From Malacoraja senta (lineage: Eukaryota): a DNA stretch of 64,000 bases. The DNA lies in assembly GCA_038087875.1 (NCBI GenBank), contig CM075988.1, positions 10,790,001-10,854,000 on the forward strand, in the 5' to 3' direction. Of this stretch, positions 61,973 to 64,000 are shown piece after piece. The notes under the pieces are model-generated. The model saw only the letters and a list, made by a program, of their open reading frames with translations, was not told where the DNA came from and searched no databases. The stretch's first letter is position 1. Each line of letters starts with the position of its first letter. A program made the position numbers and the translations under genes.

Positions 61973-62444
61973 TAATGCGAGCATTATTTGAGAACCTTAA
62001 ATACCACATTAAACAAAACAGATAAAACAACACTGTGACTATTGCAACAGCACCTACTGTATGTACAGTAGTTTGCACTTCAGGATTATATATTTAAAAT
62101 CAGTTCCAGCAACCAATTCACTAAATATTCTCAAACCAGCTTAGGGTGGAACAGGTCAACCAGTGCACTACTGTTGAGGAAACATACTGTATGCTCTTTC
62201 ACCAGAATGTTTAGAGAAATAAAATGTACTTCAATTCAAATCATATCCTAATTGTGCTTTCCGTGGACCTTGTGATTCAACGATTGTTAAGTTGCAAAAT
62301 AAAAGTGTGAAGTTTTGTTCTTGGCTGCTGTGATACTCACATCATTACATCAAACCTTTCCAGAATAGATATAGCCCTCTCACAAGCCCATGAATAATAA
62401 CCATATTTACTGTGACAGAACCACAGACCATCCTTACTGATTCT

Positions 62445-62672
62445 GTGTAGGAAGGAACTGCAGATGCTGGTTTACACTGAAGATAGACACAAAATGCTGG
62501 AGTAACTCAGCGGGGCAGGCAGCATCTCTATAGAAGCAATGGGTGATGTTTTGCGTCGAGACCCTTCTTCAGTCTCGGCCTGAAGAAGGGCCTCGACCCG
62601 AAACGTCACACATTTCTTCTATCCAGAGATGCTGCCTGTCCAGCTGAGATGCTCCAGCATTTTGTGTCTATC
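62445..62672. repeat. Fold-back Penelope pLTR-derived repeat with the best hammerhead-like core
   Basis: ~90-bp inverted arms; CTGAAGAAGGGCCTCGACCCGAAACGTC at 62580-62607. Confidence 0.7.
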
Positions 62673-62909
62673 TTTCTGATTCAGTATCCTTTGTCAGGAG
62701 TTACCCGCCTGCTCTCTCCCCACGCCCACATGCTTGTATGTAGAGAGCCCGAGAGATCTTGGATGGGCGTAAAACAACACAACGAGGATGTTCTGCCCCC
62801 AACAATCTGTCTAAAATATCAACATCCAGATTAGCCCACTGTCCAATTTTGTCAGCTGATGATCCACTCCTGCTAATCTATTCTCTACATTCTCTGGGAC
62901 GCACAGAGT

Positions 62910-64000
62910 CAAAGAGAGTCAGAGAGTGATACCGCGTGGAAACAGGCCATTCGGCCCAACTTGCCCACACCGGCCGACATGCTACACTAGTTCTCCTTGT
63001 GATTGGCCCAAACCTCCAAACCTGTCCTATCCATATATCTGTCTAACTGTTGATTAAATGTTGGGATAGTCCCTGCCTCAACTACGTCCTCTGGCATCTT
63101 GTTCCATACACCCTTACCCTTTGCACTCCTAGATCCCTCGCTCTACAACACTCCCCAGAGCTCTACCATTCACTGTGTAACTCCTGCCCAAATTTACCCC
63201 TCGGGTTCCTATTAAATATTTTCTCCTTCACCTTAAACCTATGTCCTCTGGTTCTCAATTCACCTCCACTAGGCAAGAGACTCTGTGCATCTACCCTATT
63301 TACTCCTCTCATGATTTTATACACCTCTATAAGATTACGCCTCATCCTCCTGTGCTCCAAGGAATAGAAACCCAGCCTACTCCATCTCTCCGTATTGCTC
63401 AGACCCTCTAGTCCTGGCAACATCCTCGTAAATCTTCTCTGTACCTTTTCCAGCTTGACAACATCTTTCCTATAACATGGTGACCAGAACTGAACACAAT
63501 ACTCTAAACGTAGCCTCACCACCTCTCAATTAACTGCAACATGACCCCTCAACTACTATACGCAATACTCTGAGTGATGATGGCCAATGTGTCAAAAGCT
63601 TTTTTGACCACCTTATCTACCTGTGACTCTACCTTCTTAGATCCCTCTGCTCTACAACACTCCCCAGAGCCCTACCATTCACTGTGTAGGTCCTGCCCAT
63701 GTTAGACTTCCCAAAATGCAACACCTGAGATTTCTCAGTATTAAATTCCATCAACCATTCCTTAGCCCACCTGGCCAAGATCCTGCTGTAATTTTTACAA
63801 TCATCTTCACTGTCTGCAAAATCAATCACTTTTGTATCATCTGCTAACCTTGCCACCAAGATTGTTCTCATCCAAATCATTGATGCAGATGACAAACAGT
63901 AACGGGCCCAGCACCGAACCCTGAGGCACACCACTAGTCACAGGCCTCCAGTCTGAGAAGCAACCTTCCACCATTACCCTCTTCTTCCTTCCATGAAGCC
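62910..64000 (-). mobile_element. CR1/HER1 LINE 3' portion, running off the window
   Basis: LADDTKV, FNTEKSQVLHFG, LEYCVQFWSP, RTRGHRFKV. Confidence 0.88.

Overview
Repeat-dense vertebrate genomic DNA with no intact host gene that I can identify. The abundant HE1-type V-SINEs, their CR1/HER1 partner LINE fragments and Penelope-derived repeats point to an elasmobranch, probably a skate or ray (inference). Main contents: (1) a near-complete DIRS1 tyrosine-recombinase retrotransposon (15287-24871; gag, RT/RNase H/methyltransferase-like, YR, ITRs, ICR) whose 3' terminus is split by a young 5'-truncated L1 with an intact 1263-aa ORF2; (2) two copies of one PIF/Harbinger family (11094-13814, 32277-34462) with shared ends but different interiors - one carries a captured short-pentraxin (CRP/SAP-like) exon bracketed by a perfect 52-bp inverted repeat, the other a transposase N-terminal remnant plus an 824-bp filler between 13-bp direct repeats; (3) two Harbinger MITEs, a non-autonomous Helitron plus a second Helitron 3' end, a TIR element with a 7-bp TSD, a decayed IR/DR Tc1, a miniature Gypsy-type LTR element and a Penelope element with many fold-back repeats bearing hammerhead-like cores. 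The best candidate for an undescribed system is the cargo-capturing ('Pack'-type) Harbinger family mobilising an innate-immunity exon. Family names come from recognition of motifs, not database searches; boundaries of old fragments are approximate.
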